Positions 11,491 through 23,000 of a DNA stretch of 64,000 bases are shown in pieces (the first letter of the stretch is position 1; every line of letters begins with the position of its first letter). A program made the translations under genes and the position numbers. The notes beneath the pieces were generated by a model. It saw only the letters and a list, made by a program, of their open reading frames with translations. It ran no database searches and was not told the DNA's origin. Location: the NCBI GenBank assembly GCA_002811645.1, contig PDIP01000043.1, positions 84,099 through 148,098 of the forward strand, in the 5' to 3' direction. This DNA comes from Corallochytrium limacisporum Hawaii (taxonomy: Eukaryota; Protista; Pluriformea).

Positions 11491-12864
11491 TCAGCAATCC
11501 AACCCCAAGAACGTCAGACGTTGGGGCCCGAGGCGGCGCTTAGCGGGCGGCAGGAGGGTATGATTGTTGACCAAAGTCTGCGCCAGGCGCTGAAGCGCGA
11601 CAAAGGGTAGACGAATGGTACCTACGGATCCCGTGGTGGGAGCACCGAGAGGTGCTTCTGCGGCCGCCGTACCGTCCTGCGCTGACCGGTTGAGCGTTTG
11701 CCGCTGTCGTGCGTATGCAATGCGATCCTCAGGCGTGGGCAGCAGCGACGACGTGAACATGAGCTTTGCAACCTTCCTGGCCTCACTCCCTCCTTTTTGC
11801 TGGGAGAGATCGTATTCGTCAGAGGCACGTGAGTCGTTCGGGAGGTACATGGTTCCTTCGGTGGCCAACACAGTAAGACAGATGCCATGCTCCGCCCGAT
11901 AGCGATCCTCAACAGGTACCACTTCGAAACGATATTGCCCTTCGTATTCAATTGCTGCCTGCATAACAGACAGAACGTAGGCTGATTCGGAGCTCTGACG
12001 CTTCACATCTGAAAAGAGGCTGCAGTGCATGGCAATCGCCAGTGCGTCAAGGTCCACAGTGTCCGAAGATGGTGCCTTGGTTGAGATTGCGGCTTGTACC
12101 GTGGCACGACAAAGCTGGCACTTCCACCCGCTGTCTTCTGAGATGAGGTTCTGTGTGTCTTCCTTGTGCAACCGTGCCACTCCGTTGCCGAACAGTAGAG
12201 TTCCCTTGATCGCCGGGATGTCCGCCTCCATATTCCTGGCTAAAGCGTAAGATTCAGTGTGACAGACCCAGGCCCCAACAAGTTCTTTCCACTGCCGACT
12301 GGGAAGCCTCCTCACCCTCCCGACATCCAACTGCTTCTGGTCTGGATCCTTGCTTCGCGGGTAATCCTCCCATTCAAAGACTACGGTGGTCAGCTTTCCT
12401 CCACATCGCCGGCAGCAGACCCATTGTGTAGGCATGGAGGTGTGTGCCTTGGCCTTTCCCGTATGCCTACGAAAGGGATCCCGGGTTGGTGCTCCATGCT
12501 GGTCCTGTCGCATACTCTTCGGTAATTCGGAGGCGTCGAACACTGCCGGCACGGCCGTGCTTGACCGCACAGCCGTCTGGTCGTTGGGCAACGGTATCGA
12601 AAAGAGCACTATGCCATCCTTCCCGGTTAAATTAGTGGCCTGACCTGGTAGCTCTGCCAACTTCAGGGCTGCTGAACAATTCTTAATGGGCAGTTTGATT
12701 AGGGGCTCGGGGTCACTGCTCCCGGTGTCCAACCAGAGACCGTCTGGCTGCGCCACCACACGAATTACATTTCTGCCTTTCAATTGGGCCCGGTCCGGAA
12801 GTTTCAGGGCTACCTGTAAGGATCCTATCCGGTCCAGACTCTCCGCGTGGAAGATTGGGGACAT
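11491..12864 (-). CDS. UBE3D: UBE3D/Ipa1-family (HECT_2) protein
   Basis: 457 aa; CRRC, RLPSRQWKELVGAWVCH and CQLC motifs; C-terminal LLPPAKRRL...FL. Confidence 0.75.
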   Translation of the reverse strand: MSPIFHAESLDRIGSLQVALKLPDRAQLKGRNVIRVVAQPDGLWLDTGSSDPEPLIKLPIKNCSAALKLAELPGQATNLTGKDGIVLFSIPLPNDQTAVRSSTAVPAVFDASELPKSMRQDQHGAPTRDPFRRHTGKAKAHTSMPTQWVCCRRCGGKLTTVVFEWEDYPRSKDPDQKQLDVGRVRRLPSRQWKELVGAWVCHTESYALARNMEADIPAIKGTLLFGNGVARLHKEDTQNLISEDSGWKCQLCRATVQAAISTKAPSSDTVDLDALAIAMHCSLFSDVKRQSSESAYVLSVMQAAIEYEGQYRFEVVPVEDRYRAEHGICLTVLATEGTMYLPNDSRASDEYDLSQQKGGSEARKVAKLMFTSSLLPTPEDRIAYARQRQTLNRSAQDGTAAAEAPLGAPTTGSVGTIRLPFVALQRLAQTLVNNHTLLPPAKRRLGPQRLTFLGLDC

Positions 12865-13089
12865 TACGTGTGTGTAGCTCCGCCTATACTAGTGACCGCA
12901 TGGGAAATGTATTCATCAACGCGAACGGTATCGAATCCATGGGTCCATTCTTGACGTCCGATTGTTAACGCAGTCCACGCGATGGTCCGCACGAAAGGGT
13001 CAACAAATGAAATACACCCTCTTTGTTCACCCCATATAGCCCCACTGTCCATGAGCTCACGATAACCAAAGGTGCAATCGAATCCAGAT

Positions 13090-15687
13090 CCTCCTGCCCC
13101 CCTTGCCCACGAAGGCCCACCGCCCGTTCTACCTACCGGCCCACCCCACCCCCTCTCCCCCCCCCCATCTCCACTGGCCCACTCTTGGCCCCCGCCGGGC
13201 TCCCAGACCTCCTTGACAATGCGCAAAACGCCGCTAGCAAGGCGTAACACCACCGAATCACCGGTAACCCCACGAACCCTCAGGGAAAGGGAACAACTCT
13301 ATCTCGGGGGCCTAAATAATCGCGCAAAAGAAAACCAGGGAGCGAGAGGGTTCTATTTTTTGGTTTGAACCGAAACCTTCACAAATTACACACCGCCAGA
13401 AAGACAAGGAGAGAGGAACGGAAAGCCGAGAGACTGAGGAAAAGCCAAGGATAATTGAAAGGGGGAGCGAGGAAAAGGAAAAAAACTGGCAGACGGGCCA
13501 ATAAAAAAAATTACCGGCGGTTACCTCCTTGGTCTCAGTACCGCTAATGGGGGACCCCCCCCCTACCCCGCGGGTGCCAATGCAAGAATAGCGAGTGGTT
13601 GGTGAATTAGTGCCCGTTCGTTGACCCCGACAAAGCCACTCTTCCTCCCGCAGGCGGCCCTATTGCGCATATCTGGCTCTTCCTGCAATTAGCGGTGCGG
13701 GTACTTTCATATCCACAGTACCACCAGCAGAATTGGTTTGCTGACTGTGTCAGGGTTTTAAAGTTTTTCAGTTTTGTGAATGAGTTCGGTTTTATTTTGG
13801 GCCTCACACTTAGCCTTGGTTTCCACCGTAGGCCGCCCCCCCTCCCTTCGTTTCCTTTCTTTTTCTATTTTCCATTTTTTTTGGTTTCTTTTCGCGTGGC
13901 CGTTGGTCGTGGGTTCGTGGTCGGTCGGGAGTGTGTGCCTGTTGGCTCGAGTGTGTGTTCCTTCTTGGCAGTCATACTACAACTACTACCGGTACTCTCT
14001 GCCAAGCGTTTGGTGGCCACATTCTCGGACGGAACGCGAGGTGATGGGTTAGGTCGGTCGGAATCGAACCTTTCACACACCGCTCCCGTTTGCATGCGTG
14101 CTAGGCATGGCCCGGGTCGGCCTTTTAGTTCTTCTTTTGCACACACTTAAAACTGCCAACACACCCAGCACTCAACTGTCAACACACGACCGAACCGAAC
14201 AGCGACACGCAGCAGACACAGTCTACCATCCGTGGCGCTCACGCAACCCTCCCCCGCCGGGGAGGGGGGGGGTTGGGCATCTGTCGCGTCTCTCTCTTCC
14301 CCCATCTCTCCATCCACCCTCCTATCCCTGCCCATACTTCGGAAACCGAGCAAGGAAAGGAGCTTTGAATTTTTTGCTTGCGTTGATTTCTGGTGATTGA
14401 GGACGTGGAGCACCGCCCCGGGCCCCCCCCCTGCGGGGTGAGGAGACGACGGGGGGGGGAGGGTTAACTTTAGCTTTTTTACGGTGCGGAGGGAAGAAGG
14501 GAGGGTGGGGGAGGGGAATTCTTCATTCTTTACACTTTTTGGTCCGATGGGCCATCTCTTACCGGCTTACGTCTCCAATTACTAAAAAGTTTCCGTTTCT
14601 TTTTTTTTTCCTTTTGGTTCTCTTCTGTTTAGGACCCAATGGCAACTGAACGAGAGGTATGTACAACGGACACACACAACGCAGAGCGAGAGGAGAGACA
14701 CAGGGCGAAGGCAGAAAGGAAAGACGACAAGCATGCATGTCCGTCAGAGAATCTTTGCCACCGCGCGGGAATGGACACAACGAGGCAGGAAGGGGGGACA
14801 CCGGGACAGCCGCCAAGACAACCGTATAGGATTCTATAACACCGCCCAATGGTTAAAAGCTTTCTCTCTCTCTCTCTCTCTCCTTCCCTGCCTTTCCTTG
14901 CTCGGCCGGCCATTACTCTTCCCTTTAAACAGCCCTCAACCCCCCACCGCTTCCCCCTGTCTACTCACCCACCACACACTTCCACCGACTACCAGTGCCC
15001 GGTTAATATAAGAAATGAAAACAAAATAAATAAATAAATAAAGCACAGAAGGGGAGATCTACCCGCTTGCGTCCGCTTTAACGGTCTTGACAGCCCCCAA
15101 CCGGGCAGGTGGTTGGGCCCCCCTTTTTCCCCCGAAAGCTTCGGTTTATTCTAAAGCGCGCGATCTCTCCCGTTCATTCGAGAGCGCAAAGCGAGAGCGA
15201 GAGCGAGCAAGTGTAAGTGTGTGTGTGTGTGGAAATCCTTCTACCAAAGTGAAACGGCAGCACCAGTCAGTCAGTCAGTCAGACCACCCCCGTCCCCCAG
15301 CTCCCAAGAAAAAAAGAGAACCCAAAGAAAATACTCTGAACTCAGGTGCCGGCTGTGTCCCTTGGGCAAGTCTGTGTGTTGCGTGCGTGTGTGTGGCTGG
15401 TAATGTGTTGCGTGTGTGTGTGTGCCCAGCGCTTCCTTGTCGATCAGACAAAGGGCCTGGGTACACCCACCCACCCGGGAACACATTCCGTCCTGACTGG
15501 GCGCGCGCGCAGGGGCAGTACGTCCATCGGTGTGCCCCGGTGTGTCGCTCTCTTCCTCTGTGTCACTTTTTTGCGCTTGCCTTGCGGATCGTGGCCTTCC
15601 TTCAAACGAGCGATGGGCAAGTCCCATGTCGACGTGGGGCAATCGGGCCACACAGAGCGAAAGACTGGCTGATCTCTCCTACTCTAC

Positions 15688-15729
<42 letters not shown>

Positions 15730-15803
15730 GGCGCTCGGGCCATGTCGACGTGGGGCAATCGGGCCACACAGAGCGAAAGACTGGCTGATCTCTCCTACTC
15801 TCC

Positions 15804-15847
<44 letters not shown>

Positions 15848-15960
15848 GGCGCTCGGGCCAAGAATGGGAGAGGCCCGGGGAGGGGGGTCCCGCGCACGCA
15901 CCCCCCCCCTTCTCAGCGACCTGTCTGTGGGACGGCGAGGTTAGAAGGCCAAGACGAGTG
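13090..15960. promoter_or_regulatory. Low-complexity homopolymer/microsatellite island in the UBE3D/MATE divergent spacer
   Basis: C, G, A and T runs, (CT)n and (GT)n tracts; no credible ORF. Confidence 0.45.
15624..15859. repeat. Near-perfect tandem duplication of about 116-120 bp containing (CT)n
   Basis: CCATGTCGACGTGGGGCAATCGGGCCACACAGAGCGAAAGACTGG...(CT)n...CCCGGCGCTCGGG occurs twice, starting at 15624 and 15740. Confidence 0.9.
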
Positions 15961-16338
15961 GGCGGAAAATGGATTCGATCGGCACAAACAGCAAGGAAAC
16001 TCCTGAGCACAACCTTTCGGTTGTGTGTCATGCAACGAAATGGACCAGAGTGGCATGAGTGCTCAGGGATATGAAGGAACACAAGGTACTTGCTGGTGTC
16101 GAAAGCTCAGGAAGAGCCAAACTCGGACCTGGAAGTCATCCATGAAAAGAAAAGACCCAAATCGACAGTCATACACATACTACCTCGGAGAGAAGAGTTC
16201 GTTGTTTGGATACCAAATCTGGACACTCAGTTCTGGGCTGATATAGATAGACAGAGCAAGGGAAAGAGACTACTAGCTCATACATACTTAGCTTTATCCA
16301 TAGCACGCATAGCAGAAGACGAAACTTCGACACACGAC

Positions 16339-18141
16339 ATGACCTCAATCATTGGGGCTGAATCCCCTCCTATGCCGGAGGATGTGGAGCGTAATCACCT
16401 CCGCCGATCAGCTCGCGCAAATAAAGACGAGCATGTGCCGCTGCTTGCGGACATGCGAAGGCATAGCGACGTATTGCGCACATCCACCACGTCCCTGGGT
16501 CCAGAATTCGAACACACACTGCACGACCGGGGATCTAAGTGGGACCTGTTCAAGAAGGAGGCCAATATCGTTCCCAAACTTGCCTTCCCATCCACCACTA
16601 GTTACACATTAAGCCAGCTGCTGGCTTTGGAAGAGGTTATCTTCATCGGTCGCATCGGAACGTTAGAACTGGCAGCCAGCGCACTGGCAAACACCTGGTT
16701 GAATTTGGTCTGGACCACGCTATACGGCAGCGCGAGTTGCGTTAACGCCTTCGCCGGGCAGGCCGTTGGCGCAGGGGATATGAAGGAAGCGCGTGTGTGG
16801 TTTATCCGTGGCCAGGTTATCACAGCCGTGCTCATGACGCCAGCACTTATCATATCCATTTGGGCACCGGATCTCTTCGCACTGCTTGGTGTAGGTGAAG
16901 AAGGGGCCGGAGGCACACCCGGTGATTCGGAAGAAGTGATTCGCCTCATGCGGCAGTTCATTATTTACTCTTTGCCCGGCCTGGCGGTTGTGAACCCCGT
17001 CTATGGCTTTCAGCTGTTCCACAATGTGCACAACATCATGTGGCCCGCCAACGCTATGTACTTGATTGGCAACGTTCTTAATGTGCTCATGCTCCATTTC
17101 TTTATTGAGTGGTTTGGCTTCATCGGGGCGCCGATAGCAACCAGTTCAGTGCGGGTGGTACTGCTCCTCATGTTTATTGCATATGACAAGTATGCATCGC
17201 AGGAATCAGTTGGGTACGTTTCACCGTGGTTTACGTACAAGGAACTGTTCGAGAACCACGCGGCCCAGATAAAACATCTATTCGCATGGGATTACCTAAA
17301 GGAATACCTGGAACTCGCCCTGCCCGGGCTGGTAATGACGGCCGCGGAGGTGACCTTATTTGAATCCGTGACCATTTTGGCGGCCCGCCTGGGGGTCGTG
17401 TCAGTGGATGCCCACGCCATCCTCTTGCAGCTGATCAGCACCTACTACATGATCCCACTCGGCTTAAGCGGTGCGGTGGCCATCCGTGTGAGCAACTTGA
17501 TTGGTGCCGGCGCGCCTCGCAGTGCGCGCATGGCAGCCTTCATTGGTTTGGGTATCACTTTTCTCTGCTGCCTGACCACCGGTATTCTCACTCTGATACT
17601 CCGGGAGCCTATTATGAAGTTATTCAATAGCAACCCAGACGTGGTGCGCATCGGTATGCTGGTGGCCATTCCTGCCTCCTGTTATATGGTCTTTGATGGC
17701 AACCAGAGCATCTGCAACGGCGTTTGGAGGGCCGTGGGACAGCAAAAACAAGTTGCGATTGTCAATTTCGGTGCTCTGTTAGCGGGCGGTCTCGGCTCTG
17801 GCTGTGTACTCGTCTACGTCCTGGGATTCGGTGTCGAAGGCTTCTGGTGGGGAATGTTTGTCGGCCTGTTCCTGTCCAACGTTGCGTACCTGTACATGGC
17901 CCAACGCGGATACCTAGATCTTGATGAGCTCAGTAAGGCTGCGGTGGAGCGGTACGGCAGCAATGACGGCGAGGGCAGCGGGTCAGACAGTCTGTTGAAC
18001 CAGGTGAGGGATAGTATTGAATACCATAGCGCGGCTGCAGGCCTACCCCCGATCCCGGCACATCGGGACGAGTCCTTGTCCAACCATCAGGACCCAGACA
18101 GTGAGAACAGCAGCTTGATTCAAAGGTACACTCGGGACTGA
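16339..18141 (+). CDS. MATE-family multidrug and toxic compound extrusion transporter
   Basis: Many hydrophobic segments; FIGRIGTLELAA, GQAVGAG, AIRVSNLIGAG, FDGNQSICNGVWRAVGQQ; first in-frame ATG at 16339. Confidence 0.9.
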   Translation: MTSIIGAESPPMPEDVERNHLRRSARANKDEHVPLLADMRRHSDVLRTSTTSLGPEFEHTLHDRGSKWDLFKKEANIVPKLAFPSTTSYTLSQLLALEEVIFIGRIGTLELAASALANTWLNLVWTTLYGSASCVNAFAGQAVGAGDMKEARVWFIRGQVITAVLMTPALIISIWAPDLFALLGVGEEGAGGTPGDSEEVIRLMRQFIIYSLPGLAVVNPVYGFQLFHNVHNIMWPANAMYLIGNVLNVLMLHFFIEWFGFIGAPIATSSVRVVLLLMFIAYDKYASQESVGYVSPWFTYKELFENHAAQIKHLFAWDYLKEYLELALPGLVMTAAEVTLFESVTILAARLGVVSVDAHAILLQLISTYYMIPLGLSGAVAIRVSNLIGAGAPRSARMAAFIGLGITFLCCLTTGILTLILREPIMKLFNSNPDVVRIGMLVAIPASCYMVFDGNQSICNGVWRAVGQQKQVAIVNFGALLAGGLGSGCVLVYVLGFGVEGFWWGMFVGLFLSNVAYLYMAQRGYLDLDELSKAAVERYGSNDGEGSGSDSLLNQVRDSIEYHSAAAGLPPIPAHRDESLSNHQDPDSENSSLIQRYTRD

Positions 18142-18382
18142 TGGAACCTCAGTGTCCTTCCAGCATGTGTAACGGTGTAACGCTATATAAAGATTTCAAA
18201 AAGAAATTGTCATCCAGAGAAACATTTAACACTTCCAGTTTGGGGCTAATGTTTTTGGGAATATTGGCTAGTGAGAAACTACTAGTGGTGATATGTGTCA
18301 ATGTACACACGAATGGGGTGTCAAGAAGTCTATGAGGAGCATCAACGCATACGTTCACAGGATCATCGAGTCCATGGGTGGA

Positions 18383-21300
18383 TTAAGATTGATCTCCATT
18401 CAACAGCTTCTCAATGGTTGCCGCTTCGCGACGCTGCAGAGCCACAATGGGCCTGAGCTCTGTCTGGTAAGTCAGGTACTCATCAACGAGCATACGCATG
18501 AGATGGAAGCTTCCAAACGCGTTGGCGGACCGCAGAGTAAGGTCACGGATGATCAATGAACACAGGTAGGATGTGTGTAAGAGCATGAGGCGTAGTTGAT
18601 GTTCTCCCAGCGCGCCGTCGTCGTCCTTCAAGGCAGGACAACAGAGCATGATAAGGTAGTCAAGCCAGGAGAACCATTCTTTGATCGGTGCACGATTACT
18701 GAGCAGTCTACGGAAGTCCATCACCACCTGTTGCAGAGGAACAGCGCAGTTAAAAGTCCACTCGGCCTGGAGTAGGACACCACGCATGTCAACGGAGTTG
18801 AGGTCGGCCATCATTTGTTGGACTTGTTGCTCTGAGGCAAACAGACTGCGGACAGATTGTACCAGGTGCATAAGCGATGTGCAGCGGTGCAGCATGTGGC
18901 TCAATTGGCGGCTGATTAGAATGCGCATACGGACGAGGCGGGCAGGCAGGTGCCTTACCGCTTTGTGATTCCACTGTTCCCATCTGCGGGCAAAGATACG
19001 GATCATCTGAATGCGACGGATGCCTATGGAACGCAGTATGTCGGGCACGAGTAGGCGAATGAAGAGGTCTATAAGCTGACGTTCATAGTAGGTCAAAACA
19101 CGAATCACAACATCGTTGTCAAGCAAGTTGCTGGCCTCACGGACGGATTGACTGGTCCAGAAACTCATCACGGCCGCATGCACGTCCTTGTACGCTTCTC
19201 GCATGAGACGGTTAACAATGTGATGATTGAATTCGGCGTATGCTTCCGTGAAGGCGTCCATCTGCTGGAGCTCCCCTTCAGACATCCAAGACAGAGCAAT
19301 ACGGGGCATGACAGGCATCTGTGGAGTTCCAAGACCGTGAGGCGAATATCTTCTGTCCATACCTTTTGTAGCGCCGACACATACGTTTCCTCTGTTAACA
19401 GAACTGTTCAGTGTTCTCGTACTAGAGAGTTTGGACACGGGACTCTCGTTGGCATTCTTGCGTACGAAGTTTCCAGTGGACAGCTCTGGGCTTTCGTTGT
19501 TGTCCAGCATTTGACCTGGTAGCGCGCTGCCATTGCTCACCTGGCTCTTTCTGGATACGCGGGGGCTTTGAGAGCCATGGAGTCTCGGTGGAGTCTCGTT
19601 GTCCTTGGCATTTAAGCTGACGGACTGCTGGGAGTTATGGCCATGAAACGCCACGATACGGGCACCCACGATGACATTTTTACGGCTGTTCAGATCATCT
19701 GCTGCGGGAGGCACACGGCGCTTGGCACTCCGCAAGGCCTCCTGTGCTTCCTCTTGCATGCGCCCAATCTCCTCTTTACTTGGAGGGTTGGCCATGCTTG
19801 AGTGCCCCTTGGCGATGACAGAACAGCTGCGACGAGCACTTACACTACTGCTGCTAGACTGGTGGCGTTCAAACTTTAGTTCCTCTTGACTGTCCACCGT
19901 TTCCATGGTGCAGTCTTCGGGTGTGGTTTCACTACGGACAGTGGCAGCAGGCCCGTACTCCACAGACAATGGGCAGCTCAGAGTACGCCCAAACGCAAGC
20001 GTCTGGGCTGGTGGCGGCCCTCCATTAGTGCCCCAGCGTGCGCCGTTGTATTTGCCACGGATGCAGCTGTCCCGTTCGGCACTGCTGGTGCCCAGCTCAA
20101 CCTCCGCTAGCGACAAACTAGTCAGTTTGGAAGAGACACCAGTGCTTTCTTCGCTTTTGCTGGTGAGATTTCGGTTGTCCGCGTGAAGACCACCGGAAAT
20201 CGGGGCGGACTGATACTTGAATGTATGCGCTGCGCCCAGAGGGTCCTTGTCCACCGTAGTCTGCGTGGGGCTATGAATTGCCAAGGCTACAGCTGCAGCT
20301 GCCCGGGCGGCGGCGTCAGCATCCAAGGCGTACTCGGCACTGTCGATATGGAAGCTGGATTCACCACCTACGCCCTTGCGACTGTCCTGCCCGCCGCCAC
20401 TATTCGCAGTAGACCGCGACGTAGCAGGATGGTCATTGGCTTCCTCTCTACTGCCGTGGCCACTGTCACCACCGGCACCACCAGTTGACGAGGAGGCTGA
20501 ACGGTTCAGCCGCGGAGTGTAGCGTGGAGTGCCCTGGCGACTGTCTACATCGATGAGCGTCAGCGGTTCACGGGGGGTGCCCAGCATGGTAGACAGGTCA
20601 ACCTCTCCAAAATCGTTCATGTCGGCCACGGCTGAAAACTGATCCTGTAGCGCGTGGAAATCTGAGCTTCGGGCTGTGAGCATAGGCTCGTCGGCGCCCA
20701 AACAAAGCTCGTCTCGGTCTAGGTGGAGGAGGTTCAGCTTGATGTGACCCATGTCATCAACCTGCTCTATCAGGGCGTTGGCCTCTTCGTTCGCGTGGCG
20801 GTCATGGTCGGTCACATCTTCTGTAAGGGAGGGGCGCTGTTGCGGGCCATGGTGACGGCTCGGGGTAAAGTCAGGTGGTCCGGCATCTTGCAAGTGGTGT
20901 TGATTGTCCGAGAGTCTCATGCGTGTGCCATTGGCGGTGTCAACGGTCCTGGCCATGTCAGGAAGTAAGGCACCTCTGAAAGCTCTTCCGGAGGCAGTAT
21001 TTGCACGAGCATTATGGAGACGCCGGAGAGCAACGCTACTTAGTGTGTGTCCGGGAATTTCTGATCCAATGGCCACGTCAGTGTCGTTGACAGTGATTTG
21101 TTGTGCATTGCCGCCGTCACTGATCTCGTCTACCCAGCCCTTTTCGTGAATGCTTCTCTCGTTGGGATCATGCTCCTTGCCGGGCCGTCCCCGTCGCTTT
21201 GGGAGGAGTGCCTCCTTGTTGACACGCTTCTTCTTGCTTCTCTTGTCCGTCGCCCGGCCCTGGGACTGAAAATCCTCTGGATTGTCCTTGAGTCGAATAC

Positions 21301-22024
21301 CTTCGTAGTGGTACCGGCTCTGGCCGCGCATGCCCAGCCGGCGGGTCTTGAGATGTGGGAACACGCTTCGGATGACTTTACCAAAAGTTGCGCTGTTCAC
21401 CGGCTCCGTGCCACTGGCTTTGCAATATTCTTCATAGTGTGCAAATATGGTACTGCGGGGTACGTTGGCTTCTACACAGGGTTCATAGTTCTCATTAAGC
21501 CACTGCCAGAGTAGAGGGTCGCGCTTCTCCCAATGATTAAGCTTGTTGGCGCTTTCAGAAGCCCCTGTAAATTGCTGCATGCTCCCCTGGTTATCCGGTG
21601 CTGTTGTGGTTGCCGCTGCCGCTGCTGCCGCTGCTGCTACTGCCGCTGCTGCTTCTGCGGCAGATTCTGGAGCTGTGGTACCGGAATCCTCTTCACTGTT
21701 TGCATCGTTGCTGCTGCTACTGCTGCCTTGTTTACGTGTCGAACCCAGGTCATCAATGGCTAAATCGCTGCGGTGATGAATGATCGTTGTGGCTACACAA
21801 TTGCCGGTCCGCTGTTGTAAACTGATGCTCATGGGACTGAGGGTATGCTGAATGCTGGCAGGGGTTTTAGATCCTTCTTTGGTGGAATCGGTGGTATAAT
21901 CAAATACATCCATAGAGACCACACCCGAGCCTTTAGTGTATGGCTCGTGTCTCAGCCGCTCATGATCGCTCGCTGCCGACGATAGACTTGACCTCGGAGC
22001 AGTGGTTTCCGTCCTACTAGGCAT
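18383..22024 (-). CDS. RFX: RFX winged-helix transcription factor with C-terminal B/C/dimerisation region
   Basis: DBD WLNENYE...VNSATFGKVIRSVFPHLKTRRLGMRGQSRYHYEGIRLK; C-terminal IIRDLTLRSANAFGSFHLMRMLVDEY. Confidence 0.93.
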   Translation of the reverse strand: MPSRTETTAPRSSLSSAASDHERLRHEPYTKGSGVVSMDVFDYTTDSTKEGSKTPASIQHTLSPMSISLQQRTGNCVATTIIHHRSDLAIDDLGSTRKQGSSSSSNDANSEEDSGTTAPESAAEAAAAVAAAAAAAAATTTAPDNQGSMQQFTGASESANKLNHWEKRDPLLWQWLNENYEPCVEANVPRSTIFAHYEEYCKASGTEPVNSATFGKVIRSVFPHLKTRRLGMRGQSRYHYEGIRLKDNPEDFQSQGRATDKRSKKKRVNKEALLPKRRGRPGKEHDPNERSIHEKGWVDEISDGGNAQQITVNDTDVAIGSEIPGHTLSSVALRRLHNARANTASGRAFRGALLPDMARTVDTANGTRMRLSDNQHHLQDAGPPDFTPSRHHGPQQRPSLTEDVTDHDRHANEEANALIEQVDDMGHIKLNLLHLDRDELCLGADEPMLTARSSDFHALQDQFSAVADMNDFGEVDLSTMLGTPREPLTLIDVDSRQGTPRYTPRLNRSASSSTGGAGGDSGHGSREEANDHPATSRSTANSGGGQDSRKGVGGESSFHIDSAEYALDADAAARAAAAVALAIHSPTQTTVDKDPLGAAHTFKYQSAPISGGLHADNRNLTSKSEESTGVSSKLTSLSLAEVELGTSSAERDSCIRGKYNGARWGTNGGPPPAQTLAFGRTLSCPLSVEYGPAATVRSETTPEDCTMETVDSQEELKFERHQSSSSSVSARRSCSVIAKGHSSMANPPSKEEIGRMQEEAQEALRSAKRRVPPAADDLNSRKNVIVGARIVAFHGHNSQQSVSLNAKDNETPPRLHGSQSPRVSRKSQVSNGSALPGQMLDNNESPELSTGNFVRKNANESPVSKLSSTRTLNSSVNRGNVCVGATKGMDRRYSPHGLGTPQMPVMPRIALSWMSEGELQQMDAFTEAYAEFNHHIVNRLMREAYKDVHAAVMSFWTSQSVREASNLLDNDVVIRVLTYYERQLIDLFIRLLVPDILRSIGIRRIQMIRIFARRWEQWNHKAVRHLPARLVRMRILISRQLSHMLHRCTSLMHLVQSVRSLFASEQQVQQMMADLNSVDMRGVLLQAEWTFNCAVPLQQVVMDFRRLLSNRAPIKEWFSWLDYLIMLCCPALKDDDGALGEHQLRLMLLHTSYLCSLIIRDLTLRSANAFGSFHLMRMLVDEYLTYQTELRPIVALQRREAATIEKLLNGDQS

Positions 22025-22778
22025 TTCTATGAGGCTCTATAAATCACAAACTACACAAATTCATGTCATCTACTTCTGGGAATAGTCAATAGCTAATGCA
22101 CATTGGTACACTTTGCTGACTACTGGTGATTCGGCTGAGTGAGATTCTCGATGTGCTCCAGGTGTCGGCCTGTGCACGCGAGTACTATCCTTGCCGATTC
22201 AGATGTTGGCAGAATTTTGTTGTCTGCCACAATGTTTCTTTTACAAAAAGTGCTGTTGCATAGACATAGCCAACTCAGATGTCCAATTGTCTAGACCCCT
22301 TCATACCTGATTGATTCCTCAGGTTGGCGCCGTACCGGAATACACGCAGGAAGGATCCCGTTCATTGTGCATCCTTGTCAAGCATCATCGTCAAAGAAAA
22401 AGTTTGAGATGGATCCATGAGTGCACAAATGCTTTTCATCCAACATCGGTCATCAAGTGAAGGTCCCATTGCGTGAACTGTGTCCTTAAGAGTTGTCGAT
22501 GACCGGTACCCGGCGTCCCCGGCGCTCGCTCATTGCGTTCGGACGGTCAGACACTTTAAAGGATAGGTAGATCGACCCACTATCACTTCCCTCGGTCAAT
22601 ACATTCTCCATCAAATGACCCAATTACAACATACCCATCAGCTATAAGACCTATTTACCAACTCTGTCCTGCGTAACGAACGCCGCTACGCACTCCAGAG
22701 GCTTTTTCCCAAAAGCTTTTCGTCCGAGTGCCTCTCTGTGAGTCCCAGCTTTAGACCCCGGGCCCCGCAGGGCCCCCC

Positions 22779-23000
22779 NNNNNNNNNNNNNNNNNNNNNN
22801 NNNNNNNNNNNNNNNNNNNNNNNNNNNNNNNNNNNNNNNNNNNNNNNNNNNNNNNNNNNNNNNNNNNNNNNNNNNNNNNNNNNNNNNNNNNNNNNNNNNN
22901 NNNNNNNNNNNNNNNNNNNNNNNNNNNNNNNNNNNNNNNNNNNNNNNNNNNNNNNNNNNNNNNNNNNNNNNNNNNNNNNNNNNNNNNNNNNNNNNNNNNN
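22779..23000. other. Assembly gap (N run)
   Basis: Run of n between a C run and a G-rich tract. Confidence 1.

Noticed and set aside
14059-14070. GGTTCGATTCC on the - strand, resembling a tRNA T-loop or B box
   Set aside because: Flanks do not form a T stem, and there is no acceptor or anticodon stem
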